Positions 45,298 through 45,501 of a stretch of DNA of 45,501 bases are shown piece after piece; positions within the stretch are counted from its first letter, which is position 1; each line of letters opens with the position of its first letter. The position numbers were made by a program, and so were the translations under genes. This DNA is from Octopus bimaculoides (taxonomy: Eukaryota). Under the pieces are notes generated by a model. That model made no database searches and was not told the origin of the DNA. It saw nothing but the letters and a program-made list of their open reading frames with translations. The stretch spans positions 23,386,181-23,431,681 of the forward strand of contig NC_068996.1 of NCBI RefSeq assembly GCF_001194135.2. The letters are read 5' to 3'.

Positions 45298-45501
45298 TAA
45301 TCATCATCATCATCATCGTTTAACGTCCGCTTTCCATGCTAGCATGGGTTGGACGATTTGACTGAGGACTGGTGAAACCGGATGGCAACACCAGGCTCCA
45401 GTCTAATTTGGCAGAGTTTCTACAGCTGGATGCCTTTCCTAACGCCAACCACTCAGAGAGTGTAGTGGGTGCTTTTACGTGTCACCCGCACGAAAACGGC
45501 C
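45298..45501 (-). mobile_element. RTE-tail copy, truncated by window end
   Basis: (CAT)n-CGTTTAACGTCCGCTTTCCATGCTAGCATGGGTTGGACGATTTGACTGAGG. Confidence 0.88.

Overview
Eukaryotic, AT-rich, microsatellite-dense draft-assembly DNA with 10 N-gaps. The SINE, RTE and microsatellite content resembles an octopus (coleoid cephalopod) genome; this is inference from repeat-family recognition. The ORF track is mostly artefacts of microsatellites and N-runs and misses the one host gene I can support. That gene is a + strand spliced DUF3105 / TP53I13-like gene with six coding exons in the window (6886-7050, 16037-16114, 24943-24981, 26502-26557, 33165-33243, 41458-41586). These join in frame into 182 aa with a signal peptide and the PTSGxH...WLHxLEHG motif; the gene continues past the window end. 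Introns and flanks hold at least four SINE-like/RTE-tail families, a deleted Gypsy remnant, a decayed RTE LINE with a PHD-like finger, two diverged L1/Tx1-type ORF1 remnants, mariner/hAT/piggyBac MITEs, a Helitron 3' end and a TTAGGG-like tract. The most striking unannotated signals are two different minimal hammerhead-ribozyme folds (1364-1409 and 22455-22491). They share an extra A after the core and a short, dimer-type stem III, and the first lies downstream of a tRNA B-box-like motif and an (AAT)n tract. There is also a 180-codon Asp-rich antisense open frame in intron 2. All family assignments are from recognition, not database searches.
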